A stretch of DNA of 64,000 bases from Candidatus Methanoperedenaceae archaeon. Lineage in GTDB: Archaea > Halobacteriota > Methanosarcinia > Methanosarcinales > Methanoperedenaceae. The stretch spans positions 1 through 64,000 of the forward strand of contig CAVWCX010000023.1 in NCBI GenBank assembly GCA_963753595.1, written 5' to 3'. Positions 39,980 through 50,352 of this stretch are shown in pieces. The position numbers and the translations under genes were made by a program. Position 1 is the first letter of the stretch; each line of letters begins with the position of its first letter. A model generated the notes under the pieces. The model had not been told where the DNA came from and ran no database searches. It saw only the letters and a program-made list of their open reading frames with translations.

Positions 39980-41035
39980 CTATGCAGTTTGCCAGAATTC
40001 AGGTGGCATATCCTGTGCCAGTTTCAGGGCACCATTAGCGCCGCTAAAAACCGGGTCTGTATCTTTGAAGACCTTTCCACCATCTATTAACTCAAGTTCT
40101 TTTCCCAGAATAACATCAATGTTCCTGATCAGGCTTCCTCCGCCTGCAATCCAGATATTATTGCGCAGATATTCCTGGAAGTCAGGATCATATGTGGATA
40201 TCAGTTTGGATATGCCGGACATTATATCCGGAATAATGGATTCACATGCCGTTCTTATCTCTTTTGTAATTGATAATTTAAGTATGGAAGAATCAACAGG
40301 TACATCAACAATAATTTCTTGTTCAGGCTCACCCACGAATGAACTCTGTTCTTTCCATTTTTTTGCTACTTCATTTGTTACCCTGACATTGGTATATTCT
40401 TCGGAGATCAGCCTTACTAATTCAGAATCAATATAATCACCGGCTTTATTACTGCTTATCTGGTCATCCGGTTCCGGAAGTGTACCATGTACCCTGCATA
40501 TATCCGTGGTCCCTGCCCCTATATCGACGACCAGGGTATGTTCCAGTTCTCCGAGGTTATATGCGACACAAAAAGGTTCGCTTGCAACCATTACCCCATC
40601 AAAGAAACCCTTTGCCATTTCTGTAATGATCTTTTTATTAAGTACGCTGGCCTGGGATGGGACTCCTATAATTGCATATTTTTTTACATCGCGGTTGGCA
40701 TCCACAAGCCCCATTACATATTGAAGCAGGCCTTTTGCGGCTTCAAGGTCCTCTCTCTGGTTCTTTAATAACCCGGACTCGATGGGTTTGAACATATTAA
40801 GCGCAACCCTGTGTTTTAATGCTTCATCACCATACAGGCGCTCTTTCTTCAGGAATTTTGATGCTACTGCATCTCTTGGGATACCCACAATGCTGAGAAT
40901 GCTCTTTTTCTTTCCGTCGCTCGTTGATATTGCAGTGTGGTTTGTTCCAAGGTCAATTCCTATATATAATGTCTTATTTTCTTTTGTCCGGGTTGCACCC
41001 CTTTTTTCAATTTGTGTTTTATTCTTAGTTGCCAA
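39980..41035 (-). CDS. Actin-like ATPase of the MreB/MamK (salactin-like) group
   Basis: IGIDLGT, SEPF, VDIGAGTTD, AGD.ID and IAGGGS actin-fold motifs; TTG start. Confidence 0.88.
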   Translation of the reverse strand: MATKNKTQIEKRGATRTKENKTLYIGIDLGTNHTAISTSDGKKKSILSIVGIPRDAVASKFLKKERLYGDEALKHRVALNMFKPIESGLLKNQREDLEAAKGLLQYVMGLVDANRDVKKYAIIGVPSQASVLNKKIITEMAKGFFDGVMVASEPFCVAYNLGELEHTLVVDIGAGTTDICRVHGTLPEPDDQISSNKAGDYIDSELVRLISEEYTNVRVTNEVAKKWKEQSSFVGEPEQEIIVDVPVDSSILKLSITKEIRTACESIIPDIMSGISKLISTYDPDFQEYLRNNIWIAGGGSLIRNIDVILGKELELIDGGKVFKDTDPVFSGANGALKLAQDMPPEFWQTA

Positions 41036-41230
41036 AAGTATCCCTCATGATAATCATACAGATTATACAAATGCATTACTAAAATATATAGTTTACCTAA
41101 CATTTTATACATTTTGTCTGAAAAAAAGTCTGATTTTGGTTTTTTTGGTATGCATAATACAGGGAATTATCGGAAAAAAATCAACGTATTATATCAATAA
41201 TGTTGCCCGATGAACTATTAATAACTCATT

Positions 41231-42181
41231 TTACGCAATATTACTGATCTCCTGCCTCAATTCCCCCAGCGTTGATTTCCTTTCCGCGAACGCATTATGC
41301 CTGTGGATACTCTCCTCGTTTATTTGTTTTATCACAATAACAGAATCATCCGGCAGCTCAGGGAATTCCTTAACGATTTTCTGGGCCATGGTCCGCACGC
41401 AATCTTCTACGAATTTGGGATTCTTGTGCGCCCTTTCCACGATCATAACCTCATCAGCCCGCTTTAATAATTCAAACATCTGCGAACTCATGGAATTCTC
41501 AATGATATTGATGATCTTTTCAAGTGAGACAAAATGACTGTCATGGGTCTCTATTGAAATTATGCCCCGCCCTCTCTGGTTATGCGTGGGCATAGGCACA
41601 TTATTCAAGAATTTCTTAATGATATCGGATTCCACGCCAAGTGTCTTTAATTCCTTTCGTGCCTTATCGACCATTATTTCCTGGGCGCATGGACATGCGG
41701 TGATACCAAGGACTTCAGCGCCTACAAGTTTTCTTATTGCGAGTGTTTTACCACGTATCGCTTTTGCCTCGGCGAAAATATTCACTACTTCCTGGCAATT
41801 CAATTTTGTAGCAGGTGTTTCCCTTTTAAGGACATATTCACTTTTCATCCTCACTTCGGCGATCAAAGCATATTCGTGTCTGTCGATAAGCCTTTTTGCG
41901 ACTTCGCTGCATAAATCCTCTATTTCATAAACAGGAGATGCGATCATTTCTTCGAGGACTTCGTCTATTGCTTCGAAATTTCTTGAAAGATTTGCACCTT
42001 TCCTGTCAGAAGGAAGGTCAACAAAGATATCAAATGTAGATACAAGCACGATAGGGCGTTTATCTTTTCTTGCCACTTCTACAAGTTTCTTGACATCCGT
42101 TACCCCCACGCGAGTCAATGTTATAGCTATATCAGGCTGGTTCGCCTGTATGTCTGGTAGATGAACTACAGGAAGTTTCAT
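41231..42181 (-). CDS. mptA: GTP cyclohydrolase MptA (FolE2 family)
   Basis: LTRVGV, KGANLSR, TACPCA, THNQR, NPKFVED and [10 protein letters not shown] motifs. Confidence 0.93.
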   Translation of the reverse strand: MKLPVVHLPDIQANQPDIAITLTRVGVTDVKKLVEVARKDKRPIVLVSTFDIFVDLPSDRKGANLSRNFEAIDEVLEEMIASPVYEIEDLCSEVAKRLIDRHEYALIAEVRMKSEYVLKRETPATKLNCQEVVNIFAEAKAIRGKTLAIRKLVGAEVLGITACPCAQEIMVDKARKELKTLGVESDIIKKFLNNVPMPTHNQRGRGIISIETHDSHFVSLEKIINIIENSMSSQMFELLKRADEVMIVERAHKNPKFVEDCVRTMAQKIVKEFPELPDDSVIVIKQINEESIHRHNAFAERKSTLGELRQEISNIA

Positions 42182-42372
42182 TATGATTATCTCCGAGTTA
42201 ATTAATTAAATAATTCTACACTCTTAACAAAGCACACTTACTATCTTGTATTATTAAATTATTGCTATTTGAGTTTTGAATTATCTTTTCCTGAAATAAT
42301 TTGAGTTTTGGATCTTAACGGCATCAAATTCTTTAAATACCCTTAACTATATTTTGTTTTCAGAGGGATACT

Positions 42373-43176
42373 ATCAAATTCAAATCAAATGACTTTACCC
42401 GGATATTGGCAATTGTAGCCGGAATTGCATTTATAATGATCTCAGTGGCCTATGGGCTCACTTATATTTTCCAGGCCGGTCACATCGTTTTTCCCTATGA
42501 GCCATATTATTTCTTATTCATATTCTCTATAGGGTTCGTGATTTTCACTGCATATTTTGAACGGGAGAAAAAAGCGGTCTATCCCAGGGAGCTTATAGGA
42601 GGCGCAATTGCGTCTGCATGTTTGACCTTCCTGATAATAGCGTGTCTGGCTGGAATGAAATATATATGGGAAAAGGGATTGTCAGGTATTGGTATCGAGA
42701 CTCTTGCCTATGCATTTTCCATATCCATGATACTGAGCCTTATTTTATATTTTGTCATAGGAAAAATAGAAGTTAAATTCGCCCCCGGGGATTTCAGGAA
42801 TGTACTTTCAATAGTCCTGGGGATCGCGGTTCTTATGATGATAACGGTGGTCTATGGCATAAATTATATTATTAAGATCAATCCATTTCCGGTCAAACCT
42901 TACGTTCTACTTTTCATATTCGCGATCCTTTTTGTCCTGGCTTCTGTTTTTTATAAAAAAAGAGGGGCATTATATCCCTGGTTCCTCCTCGGCGGTGCCG
43001 TGGCCTCAGCCTGTCTTGTTTTCATGATCACGGCGATCATTGGGGGATTGAGGTATGTATTGGAAAAAGGATTTACCGGCCTTGGTACTGATACTGTGTT
43101 CTATTCTTTGTCGATATGTATAATCCTGAGCATGATTTTATATAATCAGTATAATATTATAAAAGAAAAACTTTGA
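42373..43176 (+). CDS. Membrane protein made of two tandem ~125-aa repeats
   Basis: Repeats ...YPRELIGGAIASACL.F.I...KYIWEKG and ...YPWFLLGGAVASACL.F.I...RYVLEKG. The start is uncertain (ATC 42373 or TTG 42406). Confidence 0.7.
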   Translation: MKFKSNDFTRILAIVAGIAFIMISVAYGLTYIFQAGHIVFPYEPYYFLFIFSIGFVIFTAYFEREKKAVYPRELIGGAIASACLTFLIIACLAGMKYIWEKGLSGIGIETLAYAFSISMILSLILYFVIGKIEVKFAPGDFRNVLSIVLGIAVLMMITVVYGINYIIKINPFPVKPYVLLFIFAILFVLASVFYKKRGALYPWFLLGGAVASACLVFMITAIIGGLRYVLEKGFTGLGTDTVFYSLSICIILSMILYNQYNIIKEKL

Positions 43177-43219
43177 AAGAGAAGAAAAGCAGAATAAAAG
43201 TGAAATCCAGGTTGAAAAA

Positions 43220-44959
43220 ATGGGAAAGATCCAGGTCTTAGATGAAGCGTCAATAAACAAGATCGCAGCAGGGGAAGTGATCGAACGCCCCGCTTCAGTT
43301 GTCAAGGAACTTATCGAAAATTCAATAGATGCCGACGCAGACACGATCAGGGTCGAGATCATAAAAAGCGGAAAAGGCGTGATCCGCATCACTGACAATG
43401 GCTGCGGGATGAGCAGGGAGGATGCTGCTCTGTCTTACGTGAAACACGCCACAAGCAAGATCAGGAAAATTGATGATATAGAAACAGTAAAAACAATGGG
43501 ATTCAGGGGTGAGGCGCTGTCTTCTATTTCTGCCATTGCTAATGTCGAGATCATCACAAAAACAAAAGATGAATTATCAGGTACAAAAGTGATAATACAG
43601 GGCGGGAACCTGTTAAGTATTGCAGGGACTGGAGCCTCAGATGGGACGACAATTGTAGTAAATGACATCTTCTATAATACACCTGTCAGGAAAAAATACC
43701 TGAAATCCGATACAGTTGAACTTACCCATATCACCGATATAGTTTCAAGGATAGCGCTTTCGCATAACAACATTTCTTTTTCTCTTTTCAACAATGGAAA
43801 AGAGTTGCTGCGCTCACCCGCCGCCGGACTTCATGATACGATCATTCACATATATGGGCAGGAAATCGCACGTGCAATGCTTCCGGTGGATCTTGAATCT
43901 GATATCGTGAAAATAACCGGTTTCATCTCAAGGCCTTCATTGATGCGAGGCAGTCTTGATTTCCAGTCCTTCTATATCAACGACAGGTTTATCAATTCAA
44001 GAGCGATCGGTTTTGCGCTTAGGGATGGTTACGGTACCCTTATGCCAAGAGGGCGTTTTCCGATCGCAGTATTAAAAATATTTGTTGATCCACGGGAAGT
44101 GGATGTGAATGTTCATCCCACCAAGAACCAGGTGCGTCTTGACCATGAGAGGGAAATTTGCGATCTGGTTACACAGGCTGTGAAGAATGCACTTTCACAG
44201 AAAGACCTTATTCCTGATATAAAAATACCAATGCAGCAGTCACAACTTTACGAAACTCCTGCTGCTGGGTCTTTCAGGGTAAAGGAGACTGCCACGGATT
44301 TCAGGACATCGGTAAAAGACACGGAAAGAAGATTGAGACGATCAGAAATAGCGGGCATGGAAATGGAGAATAAACAGACTGTTGAGATGCCTGATGTGAA
44401 GATACTGGGGCAGGTAGATAGTTTATATATTCTTGCAGAGACTAAGAACGGTTTGATGATCATAGACCAGCATGCGGCGCATGAGCGCGTATTTTTTGAA
44501 CTTGTCCGCGGATCTAAGAGGGATGATTCCCAGGAACTGATCGTTCCGATTAATCTTGAACTTGATCCGAGGGAGAGAGTATTGATCAAAGACACTATTC
44601 CCTTTCTTGAAGAATTCGGATTCCGGATATCTGAATTCGGGCCTGATTCATTTGCAGTAACCGCTGTCCCCATTGTCCTGGGTAAGCTCGAAGATCCCCG
44701 GATGGTGCATGATATAATATCTGATATTCTTTCTGAAGGAAAAATAAAAGAAGAAACCGGGATATTTGAGCGGGTGACCAAAAGCATCGCATGCAGAAGC
44801 GCGGTCAAGGCCGGAGCTGATTGTTCTTCCTCGCAGATGGAAAGCCTGATAAAGCAGCTTTTTATGACACAGAATCCTTATACCTGCCCGCATGGAAGGC
44901 CAACGATGGTATCTTTTAACAGGCAGGAACTTGATAAGCTGTTCAGGAGAACACCATGA
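43220..44959 (+). CDS. mutL: DNA mismatch repair endonuclease MutL
   Basis: KIAAGEVIERPASVVKELIENS, GFRGEAL, DQHAAHER and CPHGRP motifs. Confidence 0.97.
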   Translation: MGKIQVLDEASINKIAAGEVIERPASVVKELIENSIDADADTIRVEIIKSGKGVIRITDNGCGMSREDAALSYVKHATSKIRKIDDIETVKTMGFRGEALSSISAIANVEIITKTKDELSGTKVIIQGGNLLSIAGTGASDGTTIVVNDIFYNTPVRKKYLKSDTVELTHITDIVSRIALSHNNISFSLFNNGKELLRSPAAGLHDTIIHIYGQEIARAMLPVDLESDIVKITGFISRPSLMRGSLDFQSFYINDRFINSRAIGFALRDGYGTLMPRGRFPIAVLKIFVDPREVDVNVHPTKNQVRLDHEREICDLVTQAVKNALSQKDLIPDIKIPMQQSQLYETPAAGSFRVKETATDFRTSVKDTERRLRRSEIAGMEMENKQTVEMPDVKILGQVDSLYILAETKNGLMIIDQHAAHERVFFELVRGSKRDDSQELIVPINLELDPRERVLIKDTIPFLEEFGFRISEFGPDSFAVTAVPIVLGKLEDPRMVHDIISDILSEGKIKEETGIFERVTKSIACRSAVKAGADCSSSQMESLIKQLFMTQNPYTCPHGRPTMVSFNRQELDKLFRRTP

Positions 44960-45546
44960 CAGAATGTTTCTTCTGCGATAAGCCTGCCCGGAAAACGTAT
45001 AAATATTACACCCTGGATATCTGCCATGGATGTTACCTCAAGCTAAAATTAAAAAAACTTGAGAATATATCTCTTCCCGATGATACATATTTGAAATCAC
45101 TGGTTGATAGTAAAGAACAGTGCTATGTAGATGCGTTGGATCACTTCGCCACATTTTTCCCAAAATCCCTTTCAGAAGACCTGCTTGGGATGATCCCTTT
45201 CTGTTCAGATGAGGATGGCGCGCTCGATCCTTTATTCGCAAATTCTATGATAATTGCAGCGCGCTCGATATTGCTTTTTGGGAATGGTGTTAAATTGAAA
45301 AAAAATCCGGGTGAAATTCATGCGCTGCACGCCCTTGGAAATCTTGTAGGTATTTCTATTATAGGGAACCTGACAAATTCCCAGAAGAATGCAAATGTTG
45401 ATGAAGAGTCAACCATATCTGTTATTTCTGAAAAAATTGACAGGACTATGATCGATATCTTAAAAGATATCGAAAAAAATGATGGGTATTTGCATGACCT
45501 TATTGCGGATACTATTGAAATAATAAAATTCAAGGGTGATTCATGA
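44956..45546 (+). CDS. Hypothetical protein with an N-terminal CxxC...CxxC zinc finger
   Basis: CFFC...CHGC; overlaps mutL and cgi121 by ATGA junctions. Confidence 0.65.
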   Translation: MTECFFCDKPARKTYKYYTLDICHGCYLKLKLKKLENISLPDDTYLKSLVDSKEQCYVDALDHFATFFPKSLSEDLLGMIPFCSDEDGALDPLFANSMIIAARSILLFGNGVKLKKNPGEIHALHALGNLVGISIIGNLTNSQKNANVDEESTISVISEKIDRTMIDILKDIEKNDGYLHDLIADTIEIIKFKGDS

Positions 45547-46031
45547 TCCATATCCTTGAAGGCACAATATTTATCGAGGATATTGAGATTTTCCTTACAA
45601 AAATCAAAGAAATTAGGAAAGGAAAAGATCTGGCTATCCTGGCGCTTGATGCTGATAAACTGGCCGGTAAAGAGCATCTTGTGTTCGCTATCGAAAAAGC
45701 AATGAATTCATTCAAAACAGGCAGGAATATCGCAAACGACCTCGGGAAAGAAATAATGCTTTATGCAGCAGGCACGCGCCAGATAAACCGCGCTATGAAA
45801 ATCGGTGTGCATAACGGAAAGAACAATATTGTGCTTGTGGCTATCGGTGAGGAGATTGATCTATCTGTGTTTGATGTTATGCCGAAGGATGTTCTGCAAT
45901 ATGAGGGATCAAAGAACAGGGCTTTGATGGACATTTTCAATATTACTGATGAAGAGATCAAAGCTGCTGGTGTTGATAAGATCCCTGAGCTTGTCCTGGA
46001 AAGGGTTGCGCTTGTGGATGTTTTGAAATAG
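45543..46031 (+). CDS. cgi121: KEOPS complex subunit Cgi121
   Basis: HL.FA..KA...F..GRNIA.DLG.EIMLYAAGTRQI..A. Confidence 0.88.
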   Translation: MIHILEGTIFIEDIEIFLTKIKEIRKGKDLAILALDADKLAGKEHLVFAIEKAMNSFKTGRNIANDLGKEIMLYAAGTRQINRAMKIGVHNGKNNIVLVAIGEEIDLSVFDVMPKDVLQYEGSKNRALMDIFNITDEEIKAAGVDKIPELVLERVALVDVLK

Positions 46032-46348
46032 ACATGTTCCTGATGAAAGAATGGAATAACTAACAAGTACGAAATGATACGAACTCACGCGCTGGAGTTC
46101 GTTTGTGTTCGTTGTTGATATCCATTACGATTTTAAAATACTTGATTTCTACCCTGAAAACAATATGGTTCTGTACAATTCTGTATTGTTTTCCTTAAGT
46201 TTAAATAAGACTGTTTTAAATCAAGTTAATCTAAGGTGAATCCTTGATAACACTGAGTTGGCTATCGATTGCAAAAACAATAAAATCGTCATGTCAAAAA
46301 ATTAAGATTAATCGAACAAAAAAAAGGACATAAAATTAGGCTCTAAGT

Positions 46349-46954
46349 ATGACTTCTATCCACATCTATCTTGATGAAAGCGGTGATCTTGGTTTTAATC
46401 CAACTTCATCAAAACATATTGTAATAGCCTTGCTCATTACAAAACCCCCTCTAAATATCGGAAGGTGTATTAAGAAGATCAGGCAGAGAAAGCTAAAAAA
46501 GAAACTCAAGGAACTGCCAGAAATCAAGTTTAACAAATCCGATGATCATATCAGAGATCTAACCCTTAAATGCATAGCAAAAGAGCCTATCGAAATCGCT
46601 TATATCGTCCTGGATAAAAATAAAGTGAATCCTGCAAGGCACAACCATAAACATGCGATTTATAACTTTATTACTGGTTATCTCATGTGTTGTTTACCAT
46701 TTGAGAATACGATTCATTCAAAATTGATCGTAGATAAGAGGATCGCAAAAAAGGTACTCAGAGCCGACTTTGACCAATATGTTAAACAAAAAGCAGCCTT
46801 CAAAGTGGATATAACCCATGAGAATTCAATGTATAATCAATGCCTGCAAGCCACTGATTTTATCGCGGGCGCGATTTTTCAGAAATACGAATTCGGAGAC
46901 AACAAGTTTTACGACATAATCAAGGATCGTATTAAGGTCTCTAAGCAGTTATGA
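46349..46954 (+). CDS. DUF3800 family protein (RNase H-like fold, predicted)
   Basis: N-terminal IYLDESGDLG, EIK, and C-terminal LQATDFIAGA pattern. Confidence 0.8.
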   Translation: MTSIHIYLDESGDLGFNPTSSKHIVIALLITKPPLNIGRCIKKIRQRKLKKKLKELPEIKFNKSDDHIRDLTLKCIAKEPIEIAYIVLDKNKVNPARHNHKHAIYNFITGYLMCCLPFENTIHSKLIVDKRIAKKVLRADFDQYVKQKAAFKVDITHENSMYNQCLQATDFIAGAIFQKYEFGDNKFYDIIKDRIKVSKQL

Positions 46955-46955
46955 T

Positions 46956-47045
46956 AAAAAAATGAGTGTGAGCGAACCCTGTGTACTTGGAATCCATGCA
47001 CCTCAAGATGCATAACTATTTCCACAGGACTTACTCGCTTATTCA
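46956..47045 (-). ncRNA. Candidate DUF3800-associated structured RNA
   Basis: Long nested hairpin whose G-U pairs form on the minus strand; minus-strand TATAAATTAA at 47061-47070; U7 tail. Confidence 0.6.
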
Positions 47046-47382
47046 ATAGTTGGTTGTTGGTTAATTTATAGTTTACGCCCGCTTTTGGCTTGCCTTCAGT
47101 AATTTAACTTGCCTACTGCTAATAATGGGATCAGGGGGGTAAGGGGGCTTAGAATTCTACTATAGAATTATTATTTTCACATTCTCTTGACATCTGGTCA
47201 TCCCTATGATCCAGAGCGATCCTAAGGTTATCCCTTTCAGTCCTAATTTAGTTTACATTAGGAGTAAATAGTAATTGCCCTTGATCCAGATCCTTCCGGA
47301 GCGACCCCGGACCAACTCGACCTCTGGATATCCCACGATCCAAAGCTATTCCAGGTTATTCTCTCAACCTCTGGTTAACGAT

Positions 47383-48390
47383 TTATTGTGGTTGCTCTAA
47401 TTTAATATCCATTAATTTATTATATATTCTATACCATTTCCAATTCATTGCAAAGATAGAAGCTATTAAACCAATGGCGAGAGGAGTCAATGAAAATATC
47501 AACCTGAGACCGATAGTTACGCCAAGGTTTGTAAAGATAAAACCTGTGTAGAGACCGTATAAGGAAAGGCATAATGCTACAACAGCAATTGTCATTACTA
47601 TGAACGAATGAAGAGTTTGGATATTGAATTTTGCAATATCTTTAGACCGCTCCAGGTTTTCTGGACCTCTAATGCCTCTTATATTGTTGCAATCGAATAG
47701 TCTTTTTGATAGACCTTCTAATGTAATAAGAGAATAAAAATAATAAAATGTGAAACCGCTTGCAATGAGTAAGGGAACTGATATTACAAGAAATTCTAAG
47801 CTTATTTCAAGATACAATGCTACCCAAAGGAAAAAAATTACCATCAATCCAAGGCTCAGAAGAAATTTCCACATTTTAGAATCGGATAAGCTCTTTTTAA
47901 TACTTTCAACCTCCTTTTTTGCATTTCGTAATAAAACTATTAATCCATCTGTTTCTTTAGTAATATTGTACTTAATTGCCTATTTAACTTTCGGTTGATA
48001 TACTTTATCAATTTTCAGGTAATCCAGCAAATTATATGATCTTCTGTCTTTAATCTGGTCATTAATAAATTCTATTTTATAATAAGCACTGTCGGTTTCT
48101 TGAAATTCTTTTGGATTTAATCCTTTACTAATCCCCATACGCCATACGGAGTTTTTAAACCTTGGAATAGGGAAATAAGTACCAGAGGAGTTATTATTTT
48201 CTTGTAATATTTTATTCACAATATTATCCGCATGGTTCAGGTTATATTCAATCTCGCTTAATAAAGCGTCTAATATGCTCCCTATCTCTTTTTTTTGTGT
48301 TAACCATATGGTAAAATAGGCACCAAGATAGGCTGCTAAAAGAGCCACTACAGCTCCAGAAATAAAATCTATTACCGATGAATCGCCCAT
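47383..48390 (-). CDS. Membrane protein interrupted by one in-frame TAG at 47980-47982
   Basis: ORFs 47980-48390 and 47383-47874 share a frame, with 35 sense codons between the TAG and the next ATG. Confidence 0.55.
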
Positions 48391-48448
48391 TTATTATCCT
48401 ACCAGCAGCCCTTATTTTTTCTTCTTCGATGGCTTTTCAGCCACTATA

Positions 48449-48604
48449 TCAAGCCTTTTCTATGATTATTTTGCCGTTTTCCTCGATGAAAATAATCTTA
48501 TCGCCAATATCGGCTTTTAATTTCTCTGCTACTTCTTTTAAAAGGCTTATTTTCCATCCGACTGCAACCTTTGTCATTCCTATAAGCTGTCTTTCTTTTT
48601 GCAT
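48449..48604 (-). CDS. AbrB/MazE/SpoVT-like small DNA-binding protein (absent from the ORF track)
   Basis: Manual translation: MQKERQLIGMTKVAVGWKISLLKEVAEKLKADIGDKIIFIEENGKIIIEKA. Confidence 0.7.
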   Translation of the reverse strand: MQKERQLIGMTKVAVGWKISLLKEVAEKLKADIGDKIIFIEENGKIIIEKA

Positions 48605-48668
48605 AATTACACATTTAAGTTAAATGTGTGAAAAGTATTAATAGTATTGGTGTTAATATACTCTATTG

Positions 48669-48689
48669 TGTGAATAGGGTATATTCACA
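48669..48689. promoter_or_regulatory. Inverted-repeat operator between divergent small genes
   Basis: TGTGAATA-N5-TATTCACA. Confidence 0.5.
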
Positions 48690-48763
48690 TAAAAAGAAAT
48701 TCCTAGTCTGATAAAATCTGAGAGCCAGAAATTGTAAGCGTCAGCGCCCTAAAGGATGAGAAA

Positions 48764-48955
48764 ATGAGTATCGATATTAAGATAGGAAAACCAAAGCATA
48801 TTATCCAGGTATATACCTTATCACTTTATAAATTTATCAAGAAATATCAAGGGGTATCAATATCAGATATTTGTAATATTTCCCTCAAAAAAAAAGGAAT
48901 CGGTAAAGCCTATTTTATCTCGATTAAAGAATTACGGATTTATCATAAACTCTAA
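48764..48955 (+). CDS. Small basic hypothetical protein, possibly a DNA-binding fragment
   Basis: 63 aa, Lys-rich, divergent from the AbrB-like gene. Confidence 0.35.
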   Translation: MSIDIKIGKPKHIIQVYTLSLYKFIKKYQGVSISDICNISLKKKGIGKAYFISIKELRIYHKL

Positions 48956-49140
48956 AGGTAATTGGTATCCAACATCCAAAGAACCCATACCGTAACGGTA
49001 ATGAAAAATGTAGACAATTTTGGGAGATTGAACTAAAGCGAAAACAAATAACTGAAATGATGCCTCGCATACCGAAAATAAATTATAACTTATTAAATTT
49101 TAATGTAATTAAAAAGATTCCGTATTTTTTTCCCATACCC

Positions 49141-50352
49141 TCACTCAGCCCTCAGCGCCTCCACAGGGTCAAGCCTGGCTGCTTTATTTGCAGGATAAAC
49201 TCCTGCGACCACTGTAGTAACAATTGCAAATATGAGCCCTGCCGCAAGCGAAGTCCAGCTGACAGCTATCGGAAAACCACCCAATGTTGATATTAAAAAA
49301 GATAATCCTGCTCCGATAGTTATGCCGATCAGGCCGCTCACGGCCCCTAAAAGCCCGGACTCAAGAAGAAAAAGTACCCGGATATTGTCACGGGTCGCGC
49401 CAACGGCTTTCATGACACCGATCTCTTTTATACGTTCGGTAACGGTAAGCATCATTACGTTCACGATCCCGATCCCCCCTACTGCAAGCGAAACTGCCCC
49501 GATCCCGCCGAGGCCGTATTTTAGTATTTTAAAGAATTGGGTAAATGATTCAAGAAGAGACTTCATGATATTGACAGTATAACCTTCGTCTTTATGCAGC
49601 CTCCTCAGGTTGTCGTCAATTTTTTTGGCTGTAATTTCTATGGTATTCTGGTCTTCGGCCTCCACAAGTATCATGGAATACGAATATTTTTTCAAATCGA
49701 GCAGTTCCTTCATTGCCTGGTGACTGGTGTACATCTCCATGTTCATGTTGCCCACGAATGGGGATGTTTGTTCAGTCTCCTTAAAAATCCCGACTATTGT
49801 AAATTCCTTGCTAATATCCTTATCCTTGTTAACAAGGGTCAAACGCATCCCCGGATTCAAAGGGAATTTGAACATCTTGTTGGCAATATCACTCCCTATG
49901 ACTATTGCGCTTTTATCAGAATCAAGAAGAAAGCGTCCCATATCTATTGAACCTGATAGGTCCTCCTCTTTGGAGGGCGATATCGCGTTTAATGAGAATG
50001 AACGCTCCTCATCACGAAATATTATGGATACCCCGCTTCCACGCCTTGGTAATACGGTTTTTACGCCTATTGTATTCTCAAGTGCATGAATGTCCTTATC
50101 ATCAAACTCGGCAGGTTTTTGATATACGAGTTTACCTGCTTCAAATCCTGCCCCTCCGGGAAATATTGTTATTACATCCAGGTCCAGGCCGCTAAACACC
50201 TGCCCCACACCCTCCTGTATACCTTCGCCCACAGAAAGCATGACAACAATGGCTATAACCCCAATTATAATTCCAAGGCAAGACATGATAGTCTTGAATT
50301 TGTTGCTGCGGAAGCTCAGGAAAACCTGGTCCAGGGCATCTATCAGCTTCAT
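49141..50352 (-). CDS. MacB/FtsX-like ABC permease
   Basis: LGIIIGV, GGIGIVNVMM..VTERIKEIGVMKAVGA and AARLDPVEALR motifs. Confidence 0.92.
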   Translation of the reverse strand: MKLIDALDQVFLSFRSNKFKTIMSCLGIIIGVIAIVVMLSVGEGIQEGVGQVFSGLDLDVITIFPGGAGFEAGKLVYQKPAEFDDKDIHALENTIGVKTVLPRRGSGVSIIFRDEERSFSLNAISPSKEEDLSGSIDMGRFLLDSDKSAIVIGSDIANKMFKFPLNPGMRLTLVNKDKDISKEFTIVGIFKETEQTSPFVGNMNMEMYTSHQAMKELLDLKKYSYSMILVEAEDQNTIEITAKKIDDNLRRLHKDEGYTVNIMKSLLESFTQFFKILKYGLGGIGAVSLAVGGIGIVNVMMLTVTERIKEIGVMKAVGATRDNIRVLFLLESGLLGAVSGLIGITIGAGLSFLISTLGGFPIAVSWTSLAAGLIFAIVTTVVAGVYPANKAARLDPVEALRAE

